Assembly (NCBI RefSeq): GCF_009914755.1
Contig: NC_060936.1
From: the human T2T-CHM13v2.0 reference genome, Homo sapiens
Length of the DNA stretch: 64,000 bases
Strand: one strand, 5' to 3'
Position 1 is the stretch's first letter. Each line of letters begins with the position of its first letter. Both the position numbers and the translations under genes were made by a program. The notes below the pieces were generated by a model. The model ran no database searches. It saw nothing but the letters and a program-made list of their open reading frames with translations, and was not told the DNA's origin. Shown here piece by piece: positions 1-13,500 of this stretch.

Positions 1-70
1 TGTCTAAAGGAAGGTTCAACTCTGTGAGTTGAATACACACACCACAAATAAGTTACTGAGAATTCTTCTG

Positions 71-1429
71 TCGAACATTACTTGAAGAAATACCGTTTCC
101 AAAGAAGGCCTCAAAGAGGTCAAAATATCCACTTGCAGACATTACAAACAGAGTGTTTCAAAACTGCTCCATGAAAAGAAAGGTTAAACTCTGTGAGCTG
201 AACACACACATGAAAAAGAAGTTTCTGTGAATGATTCTGTCTAGATTTTATAAGAAGATGTTTCCTTTTCTACCGTAGGCCTCAAAGCGCTTGAAATCTC
301 CAGCTGCAAATTCTACAAAAAGGGTGTTTAACATCTGCTCTTCTAAAGGAAAGTTCAACTCTATGCGTTGAATAAACACAGCAGAAAGAAGTTACTGAGA
401 CTTCTCCTATCAAACATTATATGAAGAAATCCCGTTTCCAACGAAGGCCCCAAAGAGGTCCAAATATCTGCTTGCAGACTTTACAGACAGAGTTTTTCCA
501 AACAGCTCCATCAAAAGAAAGGTTAAACTCCTTGAGTTGAACACACACATCACAAAGTAGTTTCTGTGAATGATTCTGTCTAGTTTTTATACGAAGATGT
601 TTCCTTTTCTACCTTTGGTCTCAAAGCGATTGAAATCTCCACATGGAAACTCCACAAAAAGAGTGTTTCAAATCTGCTCTTTCTGAAGGAAGGTTCAACT
701 CTGTGAGTTGAATACACACACCACAAATAAGTTACTGAGAATTCTTCTGTGTAACATTATATGAGGAAATCCCGTTTCCAACGAAGGCCTCAAAGAGGTC
801 CAAATATCCACTTGCAGACTTTACAAAGACAGTGTCTCCAAACTCCTCCATCAAAAGAAAGGTTATACTCTGTGAATTGAACGCACACATCACAAAGTAG
901 TTTCTGAGAATGATTCTGTCTAGTTTTTATACGAAGATATTTCCTTTTCTACATTTGGCCTAAAAGCGCTTGAAATCTCCACCTGCAAATATCACAAAAA
1001 GAGGGTTTCACATCTGCTCTGTCTAAAGGACAGTTCACCTCTGTGAGTTGAATAGAGGCAACACAAAGAACTTACTCAGTATTCTTCTTTCTAGCGCTCT
1101 ATGAAGAAATCCCGTTTCCAACGAAGGCCTCAAAGAGGTCCAAATATCTGCTTGCAGACTTCAGAGACAGAGTGTTTCCAAAGTACTCTATGAAAAGAAA
1201 GCTTAAACTCCTTGAGTTGAACGCACACATCACAAAGTAGTTTCTGAGAATGATTCTGTCTAGTTTTTATACGAAGATGTTTCCTTTTCTACATTTGGTC
1301 TCAAAGCGATTGAAATCTCCAACTGGAAACTGCACAAATAGGGTGTTTCAAATCTGCTCTTTCTAAAGGAAGGTTCAACTCTGTGAGTTGAATACACACA
1401 CCACAAATAAGTTACTGAGAATTCTTCTG
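71..1429 (-). repeat. One 8-mer HOR unit (dimers A-B-C-D, 1359 bp); representative copy
   Basis: Four distinguishable dimers: A (gagctgaac, ccgtaggcc, cagctg), B (acctttggtc, acatggaaac, ttctgaagg), C (aaagacagtgtctcc, ttatactc, aatagaggcaac) and D (ctctatgaaaagaaagctt, aactggaaactgcac). The next A starts at 1430. Confidence 0.95.
770..786 (-). promoter_or_regulatory. CENP-B box (representative; one per dimer, about every 340 bp throughout the window)
   Basis: 'tcccgtttccaacgaag' is the reverse complement of CTTCGTTGGAAACGGGA, which matches the consensus YTTCGTTGGAARCGGGA. It is present in alternate monomers. Confidence 0.95.
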
Positions 1430-4145
1430 TCGAACATTACATGAAGAAATCCCGTTTCCAACGAAGGCCTCAAAGAGGTCCAAATATCCACTTGCAGACA
1501 TTACAAACAGTGTGTTTCCAAACTGCTCCATCAAAAGAAAGGTTAAACTCTGTGAGCTGAACACACATCAAAAAGAAGTTTCTGTGAATGATTCTGTCTA
1601 GATTTTATAAGAAGATGTTTCCTTTTCTACAGTACGCCACAAAGCGCTTGAAATCTCCAGCTGCAAATTCCACAAAAAGGGTGTTTAACATCTGCTCTTC
1701 TAAAGGAAAGTTCAACTCTATGAGTTAAATAAACACAGCAGAAAGAAGTTACTGAGACTTCTCCTATCAAACATTATATGAAGAAATCCCGTTTCCAACG
1801 AAGGCCTCAAAGAGGTCCAAATATCTGCTTGCAGACTTTACAGACAGAGTTGTTCCAAACTGCTCCATCAAAAGAAAGGTTAAACTCCTTGAGTTGAACA
1901 CACACATCACAAAGTAGTTTCTGTGAATGATTCTGTCTAGTTTTTATACGAAGATGTTTCCTTTTCTACCTTTGGTCTCAATGCGATTGAAATCTCCACA
2001 TGGAAACTCCACAAAAAGAGTGTTTCAAATCTGCTCTTTCTGAAGGAAGGTTCAACTCTGTGAGTTGAATACACACACCACAAATAAGTTACTGAGAATT
2101 CTTCTGTGTAACATTATATGAGGAAATCCCGTTTCCAACGAAGGCCTCAAAGAGGTCCAAATATCCACTTGCAGACTTTACAAAGACAGTGTCTCCAAAC
2201 TCCTCCATCAAAAGAAAGGTTATACTCTGTGAATTGAACGCACACATCACAAAGTAGTTTCTGAGAATGATTCTGTCTAGTTTTTATACGAAGATATTTC
2301 CTTTTCTACATTTGGCCTAATAGCGCTTGAAATCTCCAAGTGCAAATATCACAAAAAGAGGGTTTCACATCTGCTCTGTCTAAAGGACAGTTCACCTCTG
2401 TGAGTTGAATAGAGGCAACACAAAGAACTTACTCAGTATTCTTCTTTCTAGCGTTCTATGAAGAAATCCCGTTTCCAACGAAGGCCCCAAAGAGGTCCAA
2501 ATATCTGCTTGCAGACTTTACAGACAGAGTGTTTCCAAACTACTCTATGAAAAGAAAGCTTAAACTCCTTGAGTTGAACGCACACATCACAAAGTAGTTT
2601 CTGAGAATGATGCTGTCTAGTTTTTATACGAAGATGTTTCCTTTTCTACATTTGGTCTCAAAGCGATTGAAATCTCCAACTGGAAACTGCACAAATAGGG
2701 TGTTTCAAATCTGCTCTGTCTAAAGGAAGGTTCAACTCTGTGAGTTGAATACACACACCACAAATAAGTTACTGAGTATTCTTCTGTCGAACATTACTTG
2801 AAGAAATCCCGTTTCCAACGAAGGCCTCAAAGAGGTCCAAATATCCACTTGCAGACATTACAAACCGAGTGTTTCCAAACTGCTCCATCAACAGAAAGGT
2901 TAAACTCTGTGAGCTGAACACACACATCAAAAAGAAGTTTCTGTGAATGATTCTGTCTAGATTTTATAAAAAGATGTTTCCTTTTCTACCGTAGGCCACA
3001 AAGCGCTTGAAATCTCCAGCTGCAAATTCCACAAAAAGGGTGTTTAACATCTGCTCTTCTAAAGGAAAGTTCAACTCTATGCGTTGAATACACACAGCAC
3101 AAAGAAGTTACTGAGACTTCTCCTATCAAACATTATATGAAGAAATCCCGTTTCCAACGAAGGCCTCAAAGAGGTCCAAATATCTGCTTGCAGACTTTAC
3201 AGACAGAGTTTTTCCAAACTGCTCCATCAAAAGAAAGGTTAAACTCCTTGAGTTGAACACACACATCACAAAGTAGTTTCTGTGAATGATTCTGTCTAGT
3301 TTTTATACGAAGATGTTTCCTTTTCTACCTTTGGTCTCAAAGCGATTGAAATCTCCACATGGAAACTCCACAAAAAGAGTGTTTCAAATCTGCTCTTTCT
3401 GAAGGAAGGTTCAACTCTGTGAGTTGAATACACACACCACAAATAAGTTACTGAGAATTCTTCTGTGTAACATTATATGAGGAAATCCCGTTTCCAACGA
3501 AGGCCTCAAAGAGGTCCAAATATCCACTTGCAGACTTTACAAAGACAGTGTCTCCAAACTCCTCCATCAAAAGAAAGGTTATACTCTGTGAATTGAACGC
3601 ACACATCACAAAGTAGTTTCTGAGAACGATTCTGTCTAGTTTTCATACGAAGATATTTCCTTTTCTACATTTGGCCTAAAAGCGCTTGAAATCTCCACCT
3701 GCAAATATCACAAAAAGAGGGTTTCACATCTGCTCTGTCTAAAGGACAGTTCACCTCTGTGAGTTGAATAGAGGCAACACAAAGAACTTACTCAGTATTC
3801 TTCTTTCTAGCGTTCTATGAAGAAATCCCGTTTCCAACGAAGGCCTCAAAGAGGTCCAAATATCTGCTTGCAGACATTACAGACAGAGTGTTTCCAAACT
3901 ACTCTATGAAAAGAAAGCTTAAACTCCTTGAGTTGAACGCACACATCACAAAGTAGTTTCTGAGAATGATTCTGTCTAGTTTTTATACGAAGATGTTTCC
4001 TTTTCTACATTTGGTCTCAAAGCGATTGAAATCTCCAACTGGAAACTGCACAAATAGGGTGTTTCAAATCTACTCTGTCTAAAGGAAGGTTCAACTCTGT
4101 GAGTTGAATACACACACCACAAATAAGTTACTGAGAATTCTTCTG

Positions 4146-6184
4146 TCGAACATTACAGGAAGAAATCCCGTTTCCAACGAAGGCCTCAAAGAGGTCCAAA
4201 TATCCACTTGCAGACATTACAAACAGAGTGTTTCCAAACTGCTCCATCAAAAGAAAGGTTAAACTCTGTGAGCTGAACACACACATCAAAAAGAAGTTTC
4301 TGTGAATGATTCTGTCTAGATTTTATAAGAAGATGTTTCCTTTTCTACCGTAGGCCTCAAAGCGCTTGAAATCTCCAGCTGCAAATTCCACAAAAAGGGT
4401 GTTTAACATCTGCTCTTCTAAAGGAAAGTTCAACTCTATGAGTTGAATACACACAGCACAAAGAAGTTACTGAGACTTCTCCTATCAAACATTATATGAA
4501 GAAATCCCGTTTCCAACGAAGGCCTCAAAGAGGTCCAAATATCTGCTTGCAGACTTTACAGACAGAGTTTTTCCAAACTGCTCCATCAAAAGAAAGGTTA
4601 AACTCCTTGAGTTAAACACACACATCACAAAGTAGTTTCTGTGAATGATTCTGTCTAGTTTTTATACGAAGATGTTTCCTTTTCTACCTTTGGTCTCAAA
4701 GCGATTGAAATCTCCACATGGAAACTCCACAAAAAGAGTGTTTCAAATCTGCTCTTTCTGAAGGAAGGTTCAACTCTGTGAGTTGAATACACACACCACA
4801 AATAAGTTACTGAGAATTCTTCTGTGTAACATTATATGAGGAAATCCCGTTTCCAACGAAGGCCTCAAAGAGGTCCAAATATCCACTTGCAGACTTTACA
4901 AAGACAGTGTCTCCAAACTCCTCCATCAAAAGAAAGGTTATACTCTGTGAATTGAACGCACACATCACAAAGTAGTTTCTGAGAATGATTCTGTCTAGTT
5001 TTTATACGAAGATATTTCCTTTTCTACATTTGGCCTAAAAGCGCTTGAAATCTCCACCTGCAAATATCACAAAAAGAGGGTTTCACATCTGCTCTGTCTA
5101 AAGGACAGTTCACCTCTGTGAGTTGAATAGAGGCAACACAAAGAACTTACTCAGTATTCTTCTTTCTAGCGTTCTATGAAGAAATCCCGTTTCCAACGAA
5201 GGCCCCAAAGAGGTCCAAATATCTGCTTGCAGACTTTACAGACAGAGTATTTCCAAACTGCTCCATCAAAAGAAAGGTTAAACTCCTGGAGTTGAACACA
5301 CACATCACAAAGTAGTTTCTGTGAATGATTCTGTCTAGTTTTTATACGAAGATGTTTCCTTTTCTACCTTTGGTCTCAAAGCGATTGAAATCTCCACATG
5401 GAAACTCCACAAAAAGAGTGTTTCAAATCTGCTCTTTCTGAAGGAAGGTTCAACTCTGTGAGTTGAATACACACACCACAAATAAGTTACTGAGAATTCT
5501 TCTGTGTAACATTATATGAGGAAATCCCGTTTCCAACGAAGGCCTCAAAGAGGTCCAAATATCCACTTGCAGACTTTACAAAGACAGTGTCTCCAAACTC
5601 CTCCATCAAAAGAAAGGTTATACTCTGTGAATTGAACGCACACATCACAAAGTAGTTTCTGAGAATGATTCTGTCTAGTTTTTATACGAAGATATTTCCT
5701 TTTCTACATTTGGCCTAAAAGCGCTTGAAATCTCCACCTGCAAATATCACAAAAAGAGGGTTTCACATCTGCTCTGTCTAAAGGACAGTTCACCTCTGTG
5801 AGTTGAATAGAGGCAACACAAAGAACTTACTCAGTATTCTTCTTTCAAGCGTTCTATGAAGAAATCCCGTTTCCAACGAAGACCCCAATGAGGTCCAAAT
5901 ATCTGCTTGCAGACTTTACAGACAGAGTGTTTCCAAACTACTCTATGAAAAGAAAGCTTAAACTCCTTGTGTTGAACGCACACATCACAAAGTAGTTTCT
6001 GAGAATGATTCTGTCTAGTTTTTATACGAAGATGTTTCCTTTTCTACATTTGGTCTCAAAGCGATTGAAATCTCCAACTGGAAACTGCACAAATAGGGTG
6101 TTTCAAATCTGCTCTGTCTAAAGGAAGGTTCAACTCTGTGAGTTGAATACACACACCACAAATAAGTTACTGAGAATTCTTCTG
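4146..6184 (-). repeat. 12-mer variant HOR A-B-C-B'-C-D (2039 bp); also at 11619, 19092, 26565, 35396
   Basis: After the first C dimer the sequence starts as D (ggcccc) but continues as B, with private markers 'gagtattt' (~5249) and 'ctcctgga' (~5288). The length is 1359+680. Confidence 0.92.
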
Positions 6185-7543
6185 TCGAACATTACAGGAA
6201 GAAATCCCGTTTCCAACGAAGGCCTCAAAGAGGTCCAAATATCCACTTGCAGACATTACAAACAGAGTGTTTCCAAACTGCTCCATCAAAAGAAAGGTTA
6301 AACTCTGTGAGCTGAACACACACATCAAAAAGAAGTTTCTGTGAATGATTCTGTCTAGATTTTATAAGAAGATGTTTCCTTTTCTACCGTAGGCCTCAAA
6401 GCGCTTGAAATCTCCAGCTGCAAATTCCACAAAAAGGGTGTTTAACATCTGCTCTTCTAAAGGAAAGTTCTACTCTATGCGTTGAATAAACACAGCAGAA
6501 AGAAGTTACTGAGACTTCTCCTATCAAACATTATATGAAGAAATCCCGTTTCCAACGAAGGCCTCAAAGAGGTCCAAATATCTGCTTGCAGACTTTACAG
6601 ACAGAGTTTTTCCAAACAGCTCCATCAAAAGAAAGGTTAAACTCCTTGAGTTGAACACACACATCACAAAGTAGTTTCTGTGAATGATTCTGTCTAGTTT
6701 TTATACGAAGATGTTTCCTTTTCTACCTTTGGTCTCAAAGCGATTGAAATCTCCACATGGAAACTCCACAAAAAGAGTGTTTCAAATCTGCTCTTTCTGA
6801 AGGAAGGTTCAACTCTGTGAGTTGAATACACACACCACAAATAAGTTACTGAGAATTCTTCTGTGGAAGATTATATGAGGAAATCCCGTTTCCAACGAAG
6901 GCCTCAAAGAGGTCCAAATATCCACTTGCAGACTTTACAAAGACAGTGTCTCCAAACTCCTCCATCAAAAGAAAGGTTATACTCTGTGAATTGAACGCAC
7001 ACATCACAAAGTAGTTTCTGAGAACGATTCTGTCTAGTTTTCATACGAAGATATTTCCTTTTCTACATTTGGCCTAAAAGCGCTTGAAATCTCCACCTGC
7101 AAATATCACAAAAAGAGGGTTTCACATCTGCTCTGTCTAAAGGACAGTTCACCTCTGTGAGTTGAATAGAGGCAACACAAAGAACTTACTCAGTATTCTT
7201 CTTTCTAGCGTTCTATGAAGAAATCCCGTTTCCAACGAAGGCCTCAAAGAGGTCCAAATATCTGCTTGCACACTTTACAGACAGAGTGTTTCCAAACTAC
7301 TCTATGAAAAGAAAGCTTAAACTCCTTGAGTTGAACGCACACATCACAAAGTAGTTTCTGAGAATAATTCTGTCTAGTTTTTATACGAAGATGTTTCCTT
7401 TTCTACATTTGGTCTCAAAGCGATTGAAATCTCCAACTGGAAACTGCACAAATAGGGTGTTTCAAATCTGCTCTGTCTAAAGGAAGGTTCAACTCTGTGA
7501 GTTGAATACACACACCACAAATAAGTTACTGAGAATTCTTCTG

Positions 7544-10500
7544 TCGAACATTACTTGAAGAAATACCGTTTCCAAAGAAGGCCTCAAAGAGGTCCAAATA
7601 TCCACTTGCAGACATTACAAACAGAGTGTTTCAAAACTGCTCCATGAAAAGAAAGGTTAAACTCTGTGAGCTGAACACACACATGAAAAAGAAGTTTCTG
7701 TGAATGATTCTGTCTAGATTTTATAAGAAGATGTTTCCTTTTCTACCGTAGGCCTCAAAGCGCTTGAAATCTCCAGCTGCAAATTCTACAAAAAGGGTGT
7801 TTAACATCTGCTCTTCTAAAGGAAAGTTCAACTCTATGCGTTGAATAAACACAGCAGAAAGAAGTTACTGAGACTTCTCCTATCAAACATTATATGAAGA
7901 AATCCCGTTTCCAACGAAGGCCCCAAAGAGGTCCAAATATCTGCTTGCAGACTTTACAGACAGAGTTTTTCCAAACAGCTCCATCAAAAGAAAGGTTAAA
8001 CTCCTTGAGTTGAACACACACATCACAAAGTAGTTTCTGTGAATGATTCTGTCTAGTTTTTATACGAAGATGTTTCCTTTTCTACCTTTGGTCTCAAAGC
8101 GATTGAAATCTCCACATGGAAACTCCACAAAAAGAGTGTTTCAAATCTGCTCTTTCTGAAGGAAGGTTCAACTCTGTGAGTTGAATACACACACCACAAA
8201 TAAGTTACTGAGAATTCTTCTGTGTAACATTATATGAGGAAATCCCGTTTCCAACGAAGGCCTCAAAGAGGTCCAAATATCCACTTGCAGACTTTACAAA
8301 GACAGTGTCTCCAAACTCCTCCATCAAAAGAAAGGTTATACTCTGTGAATTGAACGCACACATCACAAAGTAGTTTCTGAGAATGATTCTGTCTAGTTTT
8401 TATACGAAGATATTTCCTTTTCTACATTTGGCCTAAAAGCGCTTGAAATCTCCACCTGCAAATATCACAAAAAGAGGGTTTCACATCTGCTCTGTCTAAA
8501 GGACAGTTCACCTCTGTGAGTTGAATAGAGGCAACACAAAGAACTTACTCAGTATTCTTCTTTCTAGCGCTCTATGAAGAAATCCCGTTTCCAACGAAGG
8601 CCTCAAAGAGGTCCAAATATCTGCTTGCAGACTTCAGAGACAGAGTGTTTCCAAAGTACTCTATGAAAAGAAAGCTTAAACTCCTTGAGTTGAACGCACA
8701 CATCACAAAGTAGTTTCTGAGAATGATTCTGTCTAGTTTTTATACGAAGATGTTTCCTTTTCTACATTTGGTCTCAAAGCGATTGAAATCTCCAACTGGA
8801 AACTGCACAAATAGGGTGTTTCAAATCTGCTCTTTCTAAAGGAAGGTTCAACTCTGTGAGTTGAATACACACACCACAAATAAGTTACTGAGAATTCTTC
8901 TGTCGAACATTACATGAAGAAATCCCGTTTCCAACGAAGGCCTCAAAGAGGTCCAAATATCCACTTGCAGACATTACAAACAGTGTGTTTCCAAACTGCT
9001 CCATCAAAAGAAAGGTTAAACTCTGTGAGCTGAACACACATCAAAAAGAAGTTTCTGTGAATGATTCTGTCTAGATTTTATAAGAAGATGTTTCCTTTTC
9101 TACAGTACGCCACAAAGCGCTTGAAATCTCCAGCTGCAAATTCCACAAAAAGGGTGTTTAACATCTGCTCTTCTAAAGGAAAGTTCAACTCTATGAGTTA
9201 AATAAACACAGCAGAAAGAAGTTACTGAGACTTCTCCTATCAAACATTATATGAAGAAATCCCGTTTCCAACGAAGGCCTCAAAGAGGTCCAAATATCTG
9301 CTTGCAGACTTTACAGACAGAGTTTTTCCAAACTGCTCCATCAAAAGAAAGGTTAAACTCCTTGAGTTGAACACACACATCACAAAGTAGTTTCTGTGAA
9401 TGATTCTGTCTAGTTTTTATACGAAGATGTTTCCTTTTCTACCTTTGGTCTCAATGCGATTGAAATCTCCACATGGAAACTCCACAAAAAGAGTGTTTCA
9501 AATCTGCTCTTTCTGAAGGAAGGTTCAACTCTGTGAGTTGAATACACACACCACAAATAAGTTACTGAGAATTCTTCTGTGTAACATTATATGAGGAAAT
9601 CCCGTTTCCAACGAAGGCCTCAAAGAGGTCCAAATATCCACTTGCAGACTTTACAAAGACAGTGTCTCCAAACTCCTCCATCAAAAGAAAGGTTATACTC
9701 TGTGAATTGAACGCACACATCACAAAGTAGTTTCTGAGAATGATTCTGTCTAGTTTTTATACGAAGATATTTCCTTTTCTACATTTGGCCTAAAAGCGCT
9801 TGAAATCTCCAAGTGCAAATATCACAAAAAGAGGGTTTCACATCTGCTCTGTCTAAAGGACAGTTCACCTCTGTGAGTTGAATAGAGGCAACACAAAGAA
9901 CTTACTCAGTATTCTTCTTTCTAGCGTTCTATGAAGAAATCCCGTTTCCAACGAAGGCCCCAAAGAGGTCCAAATATCTGCTTGCAGACTTTACAGACAG
10001 AGTGTTTCCAAACTACTCTATGAAAAGAAAGCTTAAACTCCTTGAGTTGAACGCACACATCACAAAGTAGTTTCTGAGAATGATGCTGTCTAGTTTTTAT
10101 ACGAAGATGTTTCCTTTTCTACATTTGGTCTCAAAGCGATTGAAATCTCCAACTGGAAACTGCACAAATAGGGTGTTTCAAATCTGCTCTGTCTAAAGGA
10201 AGGTTCAACTCTGTGAGTTGAATACACACACCACAAATAAGTTACTGAGTATTCTTCTGTCGAACATTACTTGAAGAAATCCCGTTTCCAACGAAGGCCT
10301 CAAAGAGGTCCAAATATCCACTTGCAGACATTACAAACCGAGTGTTTCCAAACTGCTCCATCAACAGAAAGGTTAAACTCTGTGAGCTGAACACACACAT
10401 CAAAAAGAAGTTTCTGTGAATGATTCTGTCTAGATTTTATAAAAAGATGTTTCCTTTTCTACCGTAGGCCACAAAGCGCTTGAAATCTCCAGCTGCAAAT

Positions 10501-13500
10501 TCCACAAAAAGGGTGTTTAACATCTGCTCTTCTAAAGGAAAGTTCAACTCTATGCGTTGAATACACACAGCACAAAGAAGTTACTGAGACTTCTCCTATC
10601 AAACATTATATGAAGAAATCCCGTTTCCAACGAAGGCCTCAAAGAGGTCCAAATATCTGCTTGCAGACTTTACAGACAGAGTTTTTCCAAACTGCTCCAT
10701 CAAAAGAAAGGTTAAACTCCTTGAGTTGAACACACACATCACAAAGTAGTTTCTGTGAATGATTCTGTCTAGTTTTTATACGAAGATGTTTCCTTTTCTA
10801 CCTTTGGTCTCAAAGCGATTGAAATCTCCACATGGAAACTCCACAAAAAGAGTGTTTCAAATCTGCTCTTTCTGAAGGAAGGTTCAACTCTGTGAGTTGA
10901 ATACACACACCACAAATAAGTTACTGAGAATTCTTCTGTGTAACATTATATGAGGAAATCCCGTTTCCAACGAAGGCCTCAAAGAGGTCCAAATATCCAC
11001 TTGCAGACTTTACAAAGACAGTGTCTCCAAACTCCTCCATCAAAAGAAAGGTTATACTCTGTGAATTGAACGCACACATCACAAAGTAGTTTCTGAGAAC
11101 GATTCTGTCTAGTTTTCATACGAAGATATTTCCTTTTCTACATTTGGCCTAAAAGCGCTTGAAATCTCCACCTGCAAATATCACAAAAAGAGGGTTTCAC
11201 ATCTGCTCTGTCTAAAGGACAGTTCACCTCTGTGAGTTGAATAGAGGCAACACAAAGAACTTACTCAGTATTCTTCTTTCTAGCGTTCTATGAAGAAATC
11301 CCGTTTCCAACGAAGGCCTCAAAGAGGTCCAAATATCTGCTTGCAGACATTACAGACAGAGTGTTTCCAAACTACTCTATGAAAAGAAAGCTTAAACTCC
11401 TTGAGTTGAACGCACACATCACAAAGTAGTTTCTGAGAATGATTCTGTCTAGTTTTTATACGAAGATGTTTCCTTTTCTACATTTGGTCTCAAAGCGATT
11501 GAAATCTCCAACTGGAAACTGCACAAATAGGGTGTTTCAAATCTACTCTGTCTAAAGGAAGGTTCAACTCTGTGAGTTGAATACACACACCACAAATAAG
11601 TTACTGAGAATTCTTCTGTCGAACATTACAGGAAGAAATCCCGTTTCCAACGAAGGCCTCAAAGAGGTCCAAATATCCACTTGCAGACATTACAAACAGA
11701 GTGTTTCCAAACTGCTCCATCAAAAGAAAGGTTAAACTCTGTGAGCTGAACACACACATCAAAAAGAAGTTTCTGTGAATGATTCTGTCTAGATTTTATA
11801 AGAAGATGTTTCCTTTTCTACCGTAGGCCTCAAAGCGCTTGAAATCTCCAGCTGCAAATTCCACAAAAAGGGTGTTTAACATCTGCTCTTCTAAAGGAAA
11901 GTTCAACTCTATGAGTTGAATACACACAGCACAAAGAAGTTACTGAGACTTCTCCTATCAAACATTATATGAAGAAATCCCGTTTCCAACGAAGGCCTCA
12001 AAGAGGTCCAAATATCTGCTTGCAGACTTTACAGACAGAGTTTTTCCAAACTGCTCCATCAAAAGAAAGGTTAAACTCCTTGAGTTAAACACACACATCA
12101 CAAAGTAGTTTCTGTGAATGATTCTGTCTAGTTTTTATACGAAGATGTTTCCTTTTCTACCTTTGGTCTCAAAGCGATTGAAATCTCCACATGGAAACTC
12201 CACAAAAAGAGTGTTTCAAATCTGCTCTTTCTGAAGGAAGGTTCAACTCTGTGAGTTGAATACACACACCACAAATAAGTTACTGAGAATTCTTCTGTGT
12301 AACATTATATGAGGAAATCCCGTTTCCAACGAAGGCCTCAAAGAGGTCCAAATATCCACTTGCAGACTTTACAAAGACAGTGTCTCCAAACTCCTCCATC
12401 AAAAGAAAGGTTATACTCTGTGAATTGAACGCACACATCACAAAGTAGTTTCTGAGAATGATTCTGTCTAGTTTTTATACGAAGATATTTCCTTTTCTAC
12501 ATTTGGCCTAAAAGCGCTTGAAATCTCCACCTGCAAATATCACAAAAAGAGGGTTTCACATCTGCTCTGTCTAAAGGACAGTTCACCTCTGTGAGTTGAA
12601 TAGAGGCAACACAAAGAACTTACTCAGTATTCTTCTTTCTAGCGTTCTATGAAGAAATCCCGTTTCCAACGAAGGCCCCAAAGAGGTCCAAATATCTGCT
12701 TGCAGACTTTACAGACAGAGTATTTCCAAACTGCTCCATCAAAAGAAAGGTTAAACTCCTGGAGTTGAACACACACATCACAAAGTAGTTTCTGTGAATG
12801 ATTCTGTCTAGTTTTTATACGAAGATGTTTCCTTTTCTACCTTTGGTCTCAAAGCGATTGAAATCTCCACATGGAAACTCCACAAAAAGAGTGTTTCAAA
12901 TCTGCTCTTTCTGAAGGAAGGTTCAACTCTGTGAGTTGAATACACACACCACAAATAAGTTACTGAGAATTCTTCTGTGTAACATTATATGAGGAAATCC
13001 CGTTTCCAACGAAGGCCTCAAAGAGGTCCAAATATCCACTTGCAGACTTTACAAAGACAGTGTCTCCAAACTCCTCCATCAAAAGAAAGGTTATACTCTG
13101 TGAATTGAACGCACACATCACAAAGTAGTTTCTGAGAATGATTCTGTCTAGTTTTTATACGAAGATATTTCCTTTTCTACATTTGGCCTAAAAGCGCTTG
13201 AAATCTCCACCTGCAAATATCACAAAAAGAGGGTTTCACATCTGCTCTGTCTAAAGGACAGTTCACCTCTGTGAGTTGAATAGAGGCAACACAAAGAACT
13301 TACTCAGTATTCTTCTTTCAAGCGTTCTATGAAGAAATCCCGTTTCCAACGAAGACCCCAATGAGGTCCAAATATCTGCTTGCAGACTTTACAGACAGAG
13401 TGTTTCCAAACTACTCTATGAAAAGAAAGCTTAAACTCCTTGTGTTGAACGCACACATCACAAAGTAGTTTCTGAGAATGATTCTGTCTAGTTTTTATAC

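Larger units (their letters stand above)
71..7543 (-). repeat. Super-HOR copy 1 (7473 bp, 44 monomers: H1 1359, H2 1357, H3 1359, H4 12-mer 2039, H5 1359)
   Basis: HOR starts are at 71, 1430, 2787, 4146 and 6185, with the next copy at 7544. Each HOR carries private markers that recur at +7473. Confidence 0.92.

Noticed and set aside
262-278. pJ-alpha-like motif 'ttccttttctaccgtag' in the non-CENP-B monomers
   Set aside because: It is the expected counterpart position in A-type monomers, an imperfect match to the recalled consensus with no established function. It is not novel.
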